Shown here: positions 1 through 12,440 of the stretch, piece after piece
How positions within the stretch are numbered: the stretch's first letter is position 1
Layout: every line of letters begins with the position of its first letter
Source: Eledone cirrhosa
Lineage: Eukaryota
Direction of reading: 5' to 3'
DNA: 64,000 nucleotides
Assembly: GCA_964016885.1 (NCBI GenBank)
Contig: OZ024746.1
Span: 93,248,001-93,312,000, forward strand
Made by a program: the position numbers and the translations under genes
Notes under the pieces: generated by a model
The model's input: only the letters and a program-made list of their open reading frames with translations
The model's database searches: none
What the model was told of the DNA's origin: nothing

Positions 1-1853
1 TGGTTGACCCAACACTATGGTAAATGACATTTGTCCAAGATACCATACAGTGGGGTTGAACTCGGGACCTAATGATTGTAAAGCAAACTTCCTAACCCTT
101 CAGCAATGCTGTGTCCACTGCCAGTTGAGTATGATATTCTTGATGTGTGATGTTAAATTTGAAGGGAAGTCCAACATGAGTGTTTAGCATACATGAAAGC
201 TTGAAAGTCAATGAATGCATGAGTGACCACTGCACTTGTTTAGACATGTAGTGTACAGGGATGATACTGGGTCAAAACATGTGAGATGTTAGTGGAAGTT
301 ACACACAGTAGAACTGATGTCATAAATCATTCAACCATGAATTGGAAATAGGTTAAGGTAAGAAAGTTATTTATTGATTCTACTTTTTAAACTTAAATAA
401 ATTACAAAATCAACTAATATCTGATTAGAAAATCATTAATTTGGCATGGTTTTGTGGTCTACAATATAATTTATAATTCATTAACCATTGTGTGACTGTA
501 TGCCTAATGAAATACACTATATTTTGGTTAATTAATGAAGAATTTTGAGGGATGATCTAAATTATTAATTATTTCATTACTGAGATAGTAACTTAACATT
601 ATATAAAATTATGCTGGAAGATTTAAATTTAAATAGGAACCCTTTAAAATGGATGGTTTTGTTTTATAGGACCAGTGATAGTTTTGGCCAGGCTGCTATT
701 GAAAGGGTTAATTTTTTAACTCTTTTTCTTTAACCTCTAAAATAGGCTTCAGTTTCAGATAGCTGTGCCGTTATATCATTTAATTTCAAATCATTGCCTC
801 ATGGTTATTGAAGATCAGCATTCAGCACAATGACTGTAAAGTTACAGGCCACCTAGTCATAGCTGTAGTGAATAATTTTATTGGACTTTCACTAATTTCT
901 ATTTCTCTGACAACTTCCCATTCCTACATCACAGATAAGCAATGAAATGGAATGAACTTCCCTCGGTTTCGATAATGAGTATTCCAGTGGTTGGATCAAC
1001 AGAAAAGTTTGCTCCTGAATTAACACAGAAGTAACTGAGCATTCAACAGACACATGTACTTTTAATATATTTCTCAGGGAGATTCAGCATGACAAAGCTG
1101 GCCCTTTGAATTACAGGCACAATCCATCTGATGGGGTTCAAAACAATTTCTCTCTATCCAATTTCACTCACTAGACCCGAGGCTATAGTAAATGACATTT
1201 GCCCTAGATATTACTCAATGAGATCAAACCCAGGACTATGTGATTGTAAAGCAAAATGTTTAACAAGTCAGCAATGCTGTATCCACACGTTAGGCAGTAG
1301 AAGTAAAGAAATCTAACAGTAAAAATAATTGCTCAAGAGAACAAATCCCATTTCCGAATCTCTAACAAAAAAAAATGAAAGTAAAATAAATTAACTCTTT
1401 AGCATTTAAACTGGCCATATCCAGCCAGAATTCTCTCATCTCTTTCTGTCCAAACCAGCTGTAATCAGCCACTGGCAGTATCAGCATAGTTACGTCCCTT
1501 TATGGTCTGAGTCAAATCCCGTCGAGGTTAACTTTGCCTTTCATCCTTACGGGGTCGATAAAATAAAGTACCAGTAATGTACTGGTATAATTGCTGGCCT
1601 TGTGCCAAAAGTAGAAACAATTATTTGTTAAGATGTTAAGATATTGTTAAGATATTGTTCTGAAAATAAATAATATCAAAATCTCGTAGATTCGATATTA
1701 TGTAAGATAAAGTCTTTACCATGAAAATATAATAGTAAATATAGAGTAATGTGAATGCTAAAGTGTTAAAGTAAAATAATAAAATAAGTTAAAATATAAC
1801 ATTTTATGAAGTAATATCTAAATAATGTTGCTGCTTTTTTTACTTTCTTCTAG

Positions 1854-1911
1854 TATTGAAGATGCTACTCATACATCAAAATCTCCAAATAAATATTATG
1901 ACAACTACATT
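1854..1911 (+). CDS. CCDC170: CCDC170-like, internal coding exon A (first visible; upstream exons outside window)
   Basis: tttcttctag|T acceptor and ATT|gtaagt donor; 58 nt (1+19 codons, IEDATHTSKSPNKYYDNYI); ends in phase 0, matching the next exon. No recognisable motif, so support is splice signals and phase only. Confidence 0.6.
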
Positions 1912-2159
1912 GTAAGTAAATATTTACCTTCTGTAAGGGATTTACAACTAACATAATTATTTTGGCAAGGGAGAATATTTTAAAGTGAACCTGACCCAAA
2001 TGACCACAGATGGTCTAGTATATATATCAGCATTTGCATGTTCAAGTATTTTTCTTTACTCATATACCCATATTTGACTTTCAGTCCTTATTCATGTTTT
2101 CTAACTCCATAATGTTAGCCTGTGTTTTCTCTAACCTTGTTTTCAAGACTATTCTTGAT

Positions 2160-2597
2160 AATAATAATAATGATTTCTAGTATAGGCACAAGGCCAGTAA
2201 TTTGGAGGAAGGGGAAAGTCGATTAAATCGACCTCAGTGCATAACTGGTACTTTATTTTATCGACCCCGTAAGGATGAAAGGCAAAGCCAATTTCAGCGG
2301 GATTTGAACTCAGAATGTAAAGGGCCTTAACTCTATGCTGCAAAGCATGGTGTTCTGCCCTCTACTGATACTACCAATCCACTGCCCTAATAATAATAAT
2401 GATAATAATTGTTTCTACTTTAGGCACAAGGCCAGCAATTACCCAGTGCATTACTGGTACTTTATTTTATCGACCCCGTAAGGATGAAAGGCAAAGTCAA
2501 CCTCGGCGGGATTTGAACTCAGATCGTAAAGGGACGGAACTATGCTGGAAAGCATGGCGTCCGACCCTCTACCGATACTGCCAATCCACCGCCCTTA
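2160..2597 (-). mobile_element. Two tandem tRNA-derived SINEs (family S1, Meta-like central domain)
   Basis: Reverse complement shows A box TGGCAGTATCGG, B box GAGTTCAAATCCC, body gcctttcatccttacggggtcgataaaataaagtacc and a (TTA)n tail. Confidence 0.85.
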
Positions 2598-2786
2598 CTA
2601 ATAATGATAATAATGAAAATTATTGTGTATAGTGCTTAGGTGCACCACAACTCATCAAATGTGAATGTATAGTACATAGAATAATGTACAAATGTCAGGA
2701 AAGTGAAGAATGTATGTCTTCTCTAACCTTGTATTCTAGACTATCCTAGACATTGTTATTCTATGTTCTCTGACTTTTTATTCTAG

Positions 2787-2882
2787 ACTAATAGCCTGTC
2801 AATGATTGAGCAACAGAAGATTGATCGAACACATTCAGAACTGGCCAGCCTCCAAGTCAAGAATGAGAAATTATCATCCCAG
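2787..2882 (+). CDS. CCDC170: CCDC170-like exon B
   Basis: ttttattctag| acceptor, CAG|gtataa donor; 96 nt, TNSLSMIEQQKIDRTHSELASLQVKNEKLSSQ, coiled-coil composition, phase 0/0. Confidence 0.8.
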
Positions 2883-3089
2883 GTATAAATACAACCTTCT
2901 TTTAATGTAAGGTATCACCAGTGATAGATTAAGCTTGCATGGGGTTGAACATTTCACCAGGTCCCTCGTGTAATGTATATGGTAGCAAAAAATATAATTT
3001 TTGTCTTTTAAATATTGTGACACTCCTAACTACAGCCCAGTCAATCCCATACTCAATCTGTTATAAGTTACAACAAGAAAACAAGTAGT

Positions 3090-3300
3090 TTAACCCTTTA
3101 GCATTGAAACTGGCCATATCCAGCCAGAATTCTCTCACCTCTTTCTGTTCAAATCGGTTGTAACCGGCCACTCATACTGATGTTAAGGTATTTTTCTCAA
3201 AATAAATAATATCAAAATCTCATAGATTCGATATTATGTGAGATAAAGCCTTTACCATGCAAATGCAATAGTATATATAATGTAAATGTTGAAGGGTTAA
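3090..3300 (+). mobile_element. TTAA-flanked (piggyBac-type) MITE family A, representative copy
   Basis: Family structure TTAA|CCCTTTAGCATT...AATGCTAAAGGG|TTAA. Other copies at about 1391-1769, 3488-3642, 9070-9284, 10928-11354, 13565-14758, 18818-19046, 29402-29786, 41156-41356, 50008-50226, 57208-57413 and 62267-62486. Confidence 0.88.
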
Positions 3301-3642
3301 AGCTATTTTCTTTGTTGAAGTAGAGGTTGGCTTTGTGAGAGCCCCATGACAGACTTCCTTCCAGGGTTCTTTCTGAGGCAATGTTTTATGGTTGGATGCC
3401 CTTCTGCATGCCAACCCTTTTTATTGATTTTTAAGACCCCTCACCCATACTATGTGCCTATTCTAAACTGATACACACAGTAAGTTCTTTATCTCACATA
3501 ATATCAAATTTACAAGATTTTGTTATTTATTTTGTGAACAATACCTTAACATAAGTATGAGAAGCCGGTTATGGCCAGTTTGAACAGAGAGCGGCGAGAG
3601 AATTCTGGCCACATACGGCTGGTCTAAATACTAAAAGGTTAA

Positions 3643-4840
3643 AGTGAATGGTGCTGTTTGTAACATCTATCAAGAGGCCTCCATGTGGAGCAGTCTGTTG
3701 GAAGATGGCAATCAATGGAATGCAACACTTGCAGAGGTGTCTCTATCTCAGACTGCCAAAAGTATTTGAAATTTGTTCACAATGATATTAAAAAATTGTG
3801 ACTTTGCCAATACATCAGTACTTTGGCTGAAGTATAGGGATGACATGTCCAAGGACATTAAACATGAATTACAATTAGGAAGCCCTGATATAGAAGGTAC
3901 TTTTTCAGACGAATATTATATCACAGCTTCGATCGAGATTGAAGACAAACTGGAGGAAATAAATGGACCTGCTCTGCATTTATTAGGCCTTCCTCACACT
4001 GTTAGGATTAATTTTGGGGGTCAAAAAGTGAAATTGTGTGAAAAGCTTCATACAACGTAGAAGACCTCATCTCCTATGTTAACGGAAGTGAGACCAAACT
4101 ACTAGATGATCAAAAAGCTGTATATAACATTATACTTGAGTCAATTACACAACAGAATAGTGGCCTATATTTTTGATTGATGGGTGGAACTGGTAAAAGC
4201 TTCTTGATAAACCTAGTGTTGTCTAAAATTCAACAAGACCAAAAAATAGTTTTAGCGGTTGCTTCATCTGGAATTGCCACTACACTTTTACCTGGAGGTC
4301 AGACAGCTCTTTCTGCTTTCAAATTGTACTTAGGCCTCAGTTTGAATGAAATGTCTGTATGTCATATAAAGGACTCAGGAGCTGCCCAAATATTGCAAAG
4401 ATGTGTGGCAATTTTTGGAGATGAATGCACAGTGGTGCACAGAGATGCATTGGAGACAAAACAGTGGAAAATATCCGGAACAGCACAACAATCATGGGAG
4501 AAATCACCGTCATTTTATCAGGAGACTTCCCACAAACTTTCCCTGTAATATCAAAGGGGAATCACACTGATCAATTTCTAGCTTGCCTAAAATCATCAAC
4601 TTTATGACCTTGTATTACCAAACTCAGTTGAACAACCAACATGCGTTCACAAACTCATGGTGACAACATTTTTGCAGAGTTTGCTCTAAAACTTCTGAAA
4701 CTTGGTGAAAGCAAAATATCCCTTGATATTGAAGGATATTTTGATACTTCATAATTTTATACTGTTTTTGGAAAGTGTTTGATAGCTTAATAGATCAAAG
4801 GTTCCCCAATTTTGAAATCTACCATTCCAATGCTGCAAAG
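3643..4840 (+). mobile_element. Decayed Helitron RepHel fragment (PIF1-family helicase)
   Basis: Walker A GGTGKSFLINLVL, AVASSGIATTLLPGG, DEC and LSGDFPQTFPV motifs spread over several frames with stops and frameshifts; intronic. Ends approximate. Confidence 0.88.
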
Positions 4841-5075
4841 TATTTTCTCTGACACTATCAATTCTGCCAATCCACTGCCCATAATAATGAAAAAAGTTAC
4901 TTATTTTACTAAATCCTTCCATATTTATAACTATTTTCACAACTATTTGAAACACAGGTGGAGTATTTCATTAGAAATATGCTCATGAAATAGTTAACAT
5001 ATTTAATTTATATCATCTATGCAACATAGAATTATGTTGTTCTTATATAAAATGTTCTATTCTATTTTCACCCAG

Positions 5076-5332
5076 TTGCGAGATTATGAAAGCCATGTGG
5101 ATGAAAAAGTTATGAGAATAAAAGAATTACAAAACCAACTTGACATTAGCAAAACTACTGAAAATAACTTAATGAAAACAATTCAAACTCTAAAACAATC
5201 TTTCCAAGAACTGGAGAGTCGTAGCAGTAAGTTTGAGTCTGTATCTGGCAGAGCAGAAATTGCTATATCAACTCTTCAGAAAGATAACAGAGAACTCCAA
5301 GATAAGATGATGGATCTTGAAGCAAGACTTCG
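5076..5332 (+). CDS. CCDC170: CCDC170-like exon C
   Basis: ttttcacccag| acceptor, CG|gtaaaa donor; 257 nt, LRDYESHVDEK...MMDLEARLR heptad coiled coil; phase 0/2. Confidence 0.88.
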
Positions 5333-5603
5333 GTAAAAATTGTTGTTGTTGTCATCATTGTCATCATCATCATCATTGTTTAAACGTCCATTTTCCACAC
5401 TTGTATGGGTTAGACAAGTTATTATGTTATGAGACAAGTCAGGTCCAGAGACTGCATCTTGTTCATACAAATCTGTATTTTGGCTTGGTTTCTATGGCTG
5501 GATGCCCTTCCTAACCCCAACCATGTTACAGTGTTTTGTAAAGATTCATAATTATAAGGGAGACAGTTGTAATTAATAATGTCTTATTTATATTAGGAAG
5601 GAA

Positions 5604-5880
5604 GGTATGTGGCCTAGTGGTAAGGGTGTTGCACTTACAAACATAATGTCATGGGTTCGATTCCTGGGCTGGGTTGTGTGTTGTGTTCTTGAGCAAAACA
5701 CTTCATTTCATGTTGATCCAGTGTACTCAGCTGAAAACGAGTAACAGGAATTCCTGGGAGTTTAACCCTGTGATGGATTGGTGTCATGTCTAGGGGGAAG
5801 TCTTGTACTCTGTCGCTTGAGGCCACAGAAACCAGGATAGGCACTGACCTGATGAGCTGAGCTCGAGACAGACTTGTATA
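5604..5880 (+). mobile_element. tRNA-derived CORE-type SINE (family S2)
   Basis: A box TGGCCTAGTGG, B box GGTTCGATTCC, CORE-like gtgttcttgagcaaaacactt. Related copies at about 950-1290(-), 16345-16690, 19490-19645(-), 22483-22750, 37480-37740(-), 52690-53000 and 58880-59160(-). Confidence 0.82.
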
Positions 5881-6039
5881 CTAGGAAGAGATGAATATAT
5901 GTGTTGACAGTGTACTGAAACCGACAGTGAAAAGGCACGTTGTATTCCTACACTAAAGATAACTGACACTAAGTGCACATGTAAAGTAGTTCTAATTATT
6001 TTACTATAGTTGTCGCTGTTGTTATTGTTGGGGACATAG

Positions 6040-6635
6040 TCCTCAAACACTCCTTCCAACAGGTCCTGTCAGAAACAACCATTTCCAACTGATCCGACTG
6101 GATCCCCAAGCAAGACCAGCCGAGTTCATGGATGTTATCAAACCGTCTTGCTTGGGGTCTACCCCTTGGTCTCCTGCCGGTTGGGTTTGCTATAAAATCT
6201 GTCCAGCGGTTCTTTCCTGAGACATTTTAACCACATGCCCATAATATTGGAGCTGAGATCTCTCAATTCAGAGCAGTAGCAGCTCTACCTGGAGTGACTC
6301 TCTCATCTCTGAGCTACCCACTCTATCAAGTAACATTACTCCAAAGACCCCTCAGAGGAACCCCATTTCAGCCACTTTTATTCACAATCATGTTCTTTTG
6401 CTCATTATCCAAGATTCATAACCGTAGATAAGGGTTGGCATGAATACTGTGTTGAAGATAGTGAGTTTGGCCTTTACATCCACCTCCCTTCTTCTGTTTA
6501 CTGAATGCTGAAGCTGGCACATTACTGCACCAGCTCATGCAATTCTTGCACTTAATTCAGCCTTCTGCCTTCTATCTCTCATGAATACAACCCCAAGATA
6601 CTTGAACTTCTCCACCTGCTTCAGTGGAACTCTAT
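6040..6635 (-). mobile_element. RTE-clade LINE 3' fragment (Expander/Rex3-like)
   Basis: Minus strand encodes VEKFKYLGVVF, PTLIYGYESW and GHVV...GRRPRGRP with stops. Same family at 38630-38890(-), 42590-43355(+) and 44580-44962(+). Confidence 0.85.
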
Positions 6636-6899
6636 TTATAATAGTTTAGGCATGAGGAAGTGTCTTATTCCATAGCCTTCATAGGCTCTATGAGAATGGG
6701 AAGAGGAGGGATCAGTGTAGTTGAGGATCATCTTGAACAATTGCAAGTAGGTTATTGAAGAAGTAACATGGATTAGGGCGGAAATTCTTGGGGGATCACA
6801 GCCTGGAGGGAAAAAATTAGGAAAGTTAATGTTAGGCCTGGAGTAGGGAGACACAATTTGGATGATTAGAGGAGAAGAGAAAAACTATTGTGTCATGTG

Positions 6900-7030
6900 G
6901 GCTTGTGTGGAGGTGGTATGTAACCAGCTTCACAAAACAGTGAGTGTTGTAGTAGCAGTAGTAAAGACAGTGTGAGGAGACAGTGTGTCTGTAGACAAGA
7001 GATGGAAATTTGTCAATCAGTCGGGTAGTT
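6900..7030 (-). mobile_element. Degraded CR1/Jockey-like LINE 3' fragment
   Basis: Weak resemblance to the LSLFYRYY...CS.EL C-terminus; similar piece at about 8740-9060(-). Confidence 0.4.
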
Positions 7031-7225
7031 TTTTTTATGGAATGCAGTCTAGGAAGCTTATATGTGTAGCTGCATCATTGTACCAGATGTAGGAGAAGGG
7101 TCCCATTTTCCAGAAGCTGATGAGGCATTTATAAAAATATATACAATTGTAGAACATACATCTTGTAAGTGTTGATATATTGTTAGCTTTGGAAACAGGC
7201 AGTTGTTTGGCTGAATCATTACAGC

Positions 7226-7405
7226 AGTCATGGACAAACTGTGGCCTGTGAGCCGCATGCAGCACGTTTAGCTTTCTGAATGGCACACCTAATTTCAAAA
7301 TTGCTTTGGATAAAAAATTCAAAGCAATTTTTTAGTAGTGTGGCCTGCCTTATGATCAACCACATCTTATGCAGTCCACTGCTCAAAAAAGGTGACCCAT
7401 GCATG
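7226..7405. mobile_element. hAT-type MITE relic
   Basis: cagtcatggacaaactgtggcctgtgagccgcatgc...aggtgacccatgcatg resembles CAGGGGTGGGCAAACT-type hAT termini. Confidence 0.5.
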
Positions 7406-7729
7406 CAGTAGAGCATAGGTCAGATTGCTTTGCAGTATTTAGTTTCAGTCCTTTATATTCTGTTTTGTACTATTTAGTATAAGTCCTTTATATTCTGTTT
7501 TGTAGTATCTAGTTTCAGTCCTTTATATTCTGCTTTATAGTATTTAGTTTCAACCCTTTATTTTCTAAGTTCATATTTTTCATTCTTCCAGGGTTCAATA
7601 AAATAAACTTCCAAACAAGTGCTGAGGTTAATTCAATTTATTAATATTAATGTTTCCTAAGATTTTTGAAGCAAAAGACTACAGCTAAGAAACCCAAATG
7701 TATGTCTTTAGTACTTTGTTAGTTAGGTC

Positions 7730-8090
7730 CTCCCATTTCACATAGAACACTGGGCAGCCACAAAAGATGTCCATTCTCTGCGGTCTTCTGCAAGAGATTT
7801 AACATCCTCCTAGCTCAGATCTTCCACATCAATGGATGTCCACGTTTCCTATGACCACCTCCTGGCTTCCAGTCAAGGGAGAGCCTTGTATGTCTTATTG
7901 ATGGCATTCTAAAGACATGTCCAAGAAATCTCAGACGATTATCTTTCACTGAGATGTTTAGTGGTTTCTGCTTGGTTCTCCAATATATTTCTTCATTGGT
8001 TATTTTGTCTTGCCAAGAGATGTTAAGAATTTTTTGGAGGCACCTTTGGTGGAATACATCTAGCTTATGGGCAAGTCTTTTCTGTCATCT
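7730..8090 (-). mobile_element. RTE-like LINE 3' fragment
   Basis: Minus strand encodes LDVFHQRCLQKILNISWQDKITNEEIYW and RRLRFLGHVFRMP. Confidence 0.8.
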
Positions 8091-8231
8091 TTAGTACTGC
8101 TAAGGTAATATTAGCTTTGAAAGATGTTTGACTCGAGTTGTAATCAACAGAAGAAAATAAAAAAACAATATCGAAATTATCATGTCATAAAAAATTGTTA
8201 CTGTTGATATTATCTTTCTGATCTTTTACAG

Positions 8232-8382
8232 CAAACAACTAGATGAACGTGAGCAGGCTGAGTCACAGAGTCAAAATTGGAAGATGAAATTCAATGATAT
8301 TCTAACAAAGACCAACAGTATTTTAGGAAACAAGGATGATTCTCTTATAACTTATGATAATTTGGAATCATTCTATTCAAAG
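8232..8382 (+). CDS. CCDC170: CCDC170-like exon D
   Basis: tcttttacag| acceptor, AAG|gtattt donor; 151 nt (1+50 codons, KQLDEREQAESQ...ESFYSK); phase 2/0 fits both neighbours. Not in the ORF track. Confidence 0.85.
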
Positions 8383-9073
8383 GTATTTTGCTCATATCTT
8401 TGCTTTTTTTTGTATGATTCTTGTAATTTTTAGTTTTAATATGTTTTGGTGCCCCAATAAAATGCATTTGGAATATTCTGTAGAGTGGTTGGTTGGTAAT
8501 AGGAAAGGAATCCCACTGTAGAAACCATGCCAAAACTGGAATGTATTTAAAGGAAATATTGCCCCTGGTTTGTGATGGCCCATTCAACCTATACTAGCAT
8601 GGAAGAATGGATGTTAAATGATGATGGTGACATGATACTATACATGAAGACAACCATGCTGTGTGGTTAAGAAATTTGTTTTGAAATTACTTTGTTCTGG
8701 GTTCAATCTAATATAGTCCTAGGCTGGCTTCTGGAGAAGAAGGATTGAATAAAGAGGTTAGTATGAGGCACCTAGTTGTGGGGAATGGGCTAAAAAGAGT
8801 GTGTATAGTAGCAGCACCATCTTGTATAGGGGGCAATAAAACTTTGTGGTAATGAAAAGGATAGAAATGGATGCATTAGATGGGCTTGAGTAGATGTGGC
8901 ATGCAATTAGCTAGTTCAGAAGAGAAGAGGCTATTATAGTATTGATAGAAGAGAAGACATGTCTGTGATCTTGAGCTTGTAGTGTGTTGCTGGGAGGTAA
9001 TGTTTTGTAATCAGTTGGAGAGCTTTCTTTTGGATGTGATTTCTGTAATGATTTTGTAGAAAATATTTTTAAC

Positions 9074-9280
9074 TCTTTAGCATTTACATTACTTTATATT
9101 TGCTATTGTATTTTCATGGTAAAGGCTTTAGTTCACATAAATTCGAATCTATGAGATTTTGATATTATTTATTTTGAGAACAATACCTTAAGATCAGTAT
9201 GAACAGCAGGTTACAGACAGTTTGAACAGAAAGAGGTGAGAGAATTTTGGCTGGCTATGGCCAGTTTAAATGCTAAAGGG
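9074..9280 (-). mobile_element. MITE family A copy
   Basis: Reverse-oriented match to 3090-3300 with TTAA flanks. Confidence 0.85.
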
Positions 9281-9770
9281 TTAAATAGGTTTATTAATTC
9301 AAACGTTTATCATATCTTTAATAGTGGAAAGATTGTTGTGAAAATTTGTAGTATTAAAGTAAAGACTTCACTTTTTATTGTGCTATAGTCATAGTGCCAT
9401 TTCAAGAATGTTTTGCTAATATGGTTTCATGTGATTCCAGAAGATTAAGAGTTAAGATGTTTGTGAGTGTAAATACCAGTAACATTGCCCCAGATGTGTG
9501 AACCGTAAAATATTCTGAGTCTTAAATGTATGTATTGTATATTAAATAATATACAGGATGTTTATGAAAAACATTTGAATGCCTTTCACTATAAATTTTA
9601 AAGCTTTGACCATTGTCACATAACTAGCTCCAGCAAAAACAGGAGGCTTTTTACTGAAGCTAGGTATATGACAATGGTCAGAGCTTTAAAATTCATAGTG
9701 AAAGGCCTTCAAATGTTTTTCATAAACATCCTGTACATTATTCGATTTGTAATATGTACATTTATATGTA

Positions 9771-10108
9771 CAGTGTACCCACTGGCATTCGCGGTCCCGG
9801 TTATTCATGGAATTTTCCTTAGAACCTAACTAATAATTGTTTGTGGAAACCATCGTATATTCGTGGAATTGTAAATATCTGCTGTTTTTAATGTCTTTTT
9901 TCGTGCAATGTATATTTTTTAACGCTAAATTATTAATAACAACATACCAGATTTGCCGGCATATTGGACGCCCCTTCGCATAAGATGTTCCCTCATTTTT
10001 ATTATATTTTATGTTGTATTTTGATGTTTATAGGCATTTTTATGGACCACGTCCAATATTTGCAGTTTTTCACTCTTTGTGGGTGCTCTAGGGGGGACAC
10101 AACAACTG
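9771..10108. mobile_element. Tc1/mariner (pogo/Tigger-like) MITE
   Basis: TA|CAGTGTACCC...ACTG|TA termini; second copy at about 57432-57698 shares ttttccttagaacctaactaataattgt. Confidence 0.75.
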
Positions 10109-10178
10109 TATATCACTATATTGGAGCACCAATACAAATTCTGAATCTTATTTATACAACCATTTCCTTTATAAATAG

Positions 10179-10364
10179 CTTTCAGACACTTTCCAAGAGA
10201 ATGCAATGTTTCGTGGAAAATTGATTACGTTAACTGAAATGTTAAATAACAGTGAAATGGAGAGTAAAGCAAGTCGGGAGACTATAATGAGACTTGTCTC
10301 TGAAGCTGGTCGAGAACAAAAGACATCTTCTCATAATTCTTATGAGCTGAATTCTCTAAAACTG
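10179..10364 (+). CDS. CCDC170: CCDC170-like exon E
   Basis: aaatag| acceptor, CTG|gtaaga donor; 186 nt; contains EMESKASRETIMRLVSE, which I recognise as the CCDC170 KASRETIMRL motif. Confidence 0.92.
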
Positions 10365-11585
10365 GTAAGAAATTTTACCTTTTTTATTATTGTGAATTTT
10401 GGGGAAGGGGAAAGTCGAGATAATCGACCCCAGTGCATTACTGGTACTTTATTTTATCGACCCCGTAAGGATGAAAGCAAAGCTAACCTCGGCGGGATTT
10501 GCTTTGCCTTCCACCCATATGGGGTCGATAAAATAAAGTACTAGTAACACACAGGGATCGATTTAATCGACTTTCCCCTCCCTCCAAATTGCTGGCTTTG
10601 TGCCTAAATTAGAAACCATTATTGTGAATTGGCAGAATCAGTAGAGAAGCAGACAAAATGCTTTTAATAGTATTTAGTCATATCCTCTTACAATCTGAGT
10701 TCAAATTCACTTGGGGTTAACTTTACCTTCTTGGGATCACTAAAATAGTACCAGTCAAGTATATTGATATGTTTCATTGGGGTTAACTTTACCTTGTTGA
10801 GATCACTAAAATAGTACCAGTCAAGTATATTGATATGTTTCATTTACTCCCCACCTTCATCATCAATGAAAAGAAAAGAAATATTGCCCTTGCTTGGCTG
10901 AATGGTTAAAAAATTTACTTCACAATATTAACCCTTTAGTATTTACATTACTCTATATTTGTATTATATTTTCATGGTAAAGGCTTTACTTCACATAATA
11001 TCGAATCTATGAGATTTTGATATTATTTATTTGGAGAACAATACCTTAACATCATTATGAGCAGCCAGTTACAACAAAAAGAGGTGAGAGAATTCTGGCT
11101 GGATATGGCCGGTTTAACCTTTTAGCATTTACATTACTCTATATATACTATTATATTTCATGGTAAAGGCTTTACCTCACATAATTATCTCACATAATAT
11201 CGAATCAATGAGATTTTGAAAGTATTTATTTTGAGAACAATACCTTAACATCAGTTTGAGTGACCAGTTACAGCCAGTTTCAACAGAAAGAGGTAGAGAA
11301 TTCTGGCCAGTTTTTGCCAGTTTGAACATTAAAGGGTTAAATGTTAAAGGGTTAGAGTTCTAGGTTTCATCCCACTGTATTGCATCTTGATCAAGTGTTT
11401 TTCACCCTAGCCTCAGGTTGATCCTCGCCTTGGGAATGAAATTGGGTAAATATAAACAGTAGTAGTTTGTTGGATTACTTATCTGTAATTTAAGGGTCCT
11501 GACTTGTCAAACACTGTGCCACACAGATTCAGCTTAAGGATTATGTTAAGGATAGATTTAATTTAGAATATTCAACCAGCTACAA

Positions 11586-12440
11586 CAGAAGTTCTCAAAG
11601 AGGGCACTACTGCCCCAGGAGGCGTTGAGAAGGTTGAGGGGGCGCTGGGGCCTAAAAAGGTGGTGGTGGAGGTGGTAGAGATGATGTAATAGTATATTAA
11701 ACATCAAATGATTCATATTATATATAAATATAATAAAATAAAAATATTTATACTATTTATTTATACATAGTATATATTATATTATTTATTATATATAAAT
11801 AAATGATTTTATTTATTATATACTAGCAGTCGTACCCAGCATTGCACAGGATAAGGTATTTTGGAATGCGGGCCGCCAACAGACCTAATCGTGGAAAAAT
11901 TGCATGCCTGGACAATATGTAAGGAAAATAAACCGAATACTCTGATGGCTGGATAATCTTTAAGATTTTCCTCGATGAAGCAGGAAAAATGCAGGTTTTC
12001 ACCTAATGCGGGCCCTAGGGGATCAAGAAAATGAATTTTTTTTATGTGCATAATATGCCTTGAAATTTCGGGAAAATCGGCTAGATGTAACGCCTCAAAA
12101 ATGCCATAAAGAGCTGAAAAAGGGAAGTTTTTCACCTAATGCGGGCCCTAGGCCATAAAAAAGTTGGATTTTCTTTGCTCACTATATGAAGAAGAGACTG
12201 ACTAATACATAGTTACAATTTCAAAAAAATCGGTTGGGTACTTCTCGAGTTTTAGGGATTCAATCTCACACACCCACACACACAGACAGACATCCTCAAT
12301 TTTATATATATAGATATTATTTACAACTTGCATGTAGGCAGGTCTCTCTGGAAGTAGGGTTGGGGGTCACTGAGGGTATTACATGGTCGTAAGTGGGGGG
12401 AGGGGGGGGGGGGCAGTGGCCCCCAAAATTTGAACCTCTG
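11586..12440. mobile_element. hAT-like MITE interrupted by a Helitron
   Basis: cagaagttctcaaa...tttgaacctctg termini; degenerate 8-bp flanks agctacaa/atttacaa. Confidence 0.5.
11823..12314 (-). mobile_element. Non-autonomous Helitron
   Basis: Minus strand a|TCTATATATATAAA...cctgtgcaatgctgggtacgactgCTAG|t: 5' TC, subterminal hairpin, 3' CTAG, inserted between A and T with no TSD; internal repeat ttttcacctaatgcgggccctagg twice. Confidence 0.85.

Noticed and set aside
3773-4607. Cellular PIF1 helicase gene
   Set aside because: Multiple frameshifts and stops, no splice structure, Helitron-type sequence.
5604-5675. Possible tRNA genes at SINE heads
   Set aside because: A/B boxes are present but there is no intact cloverleaf, and they run into SINE bodies.
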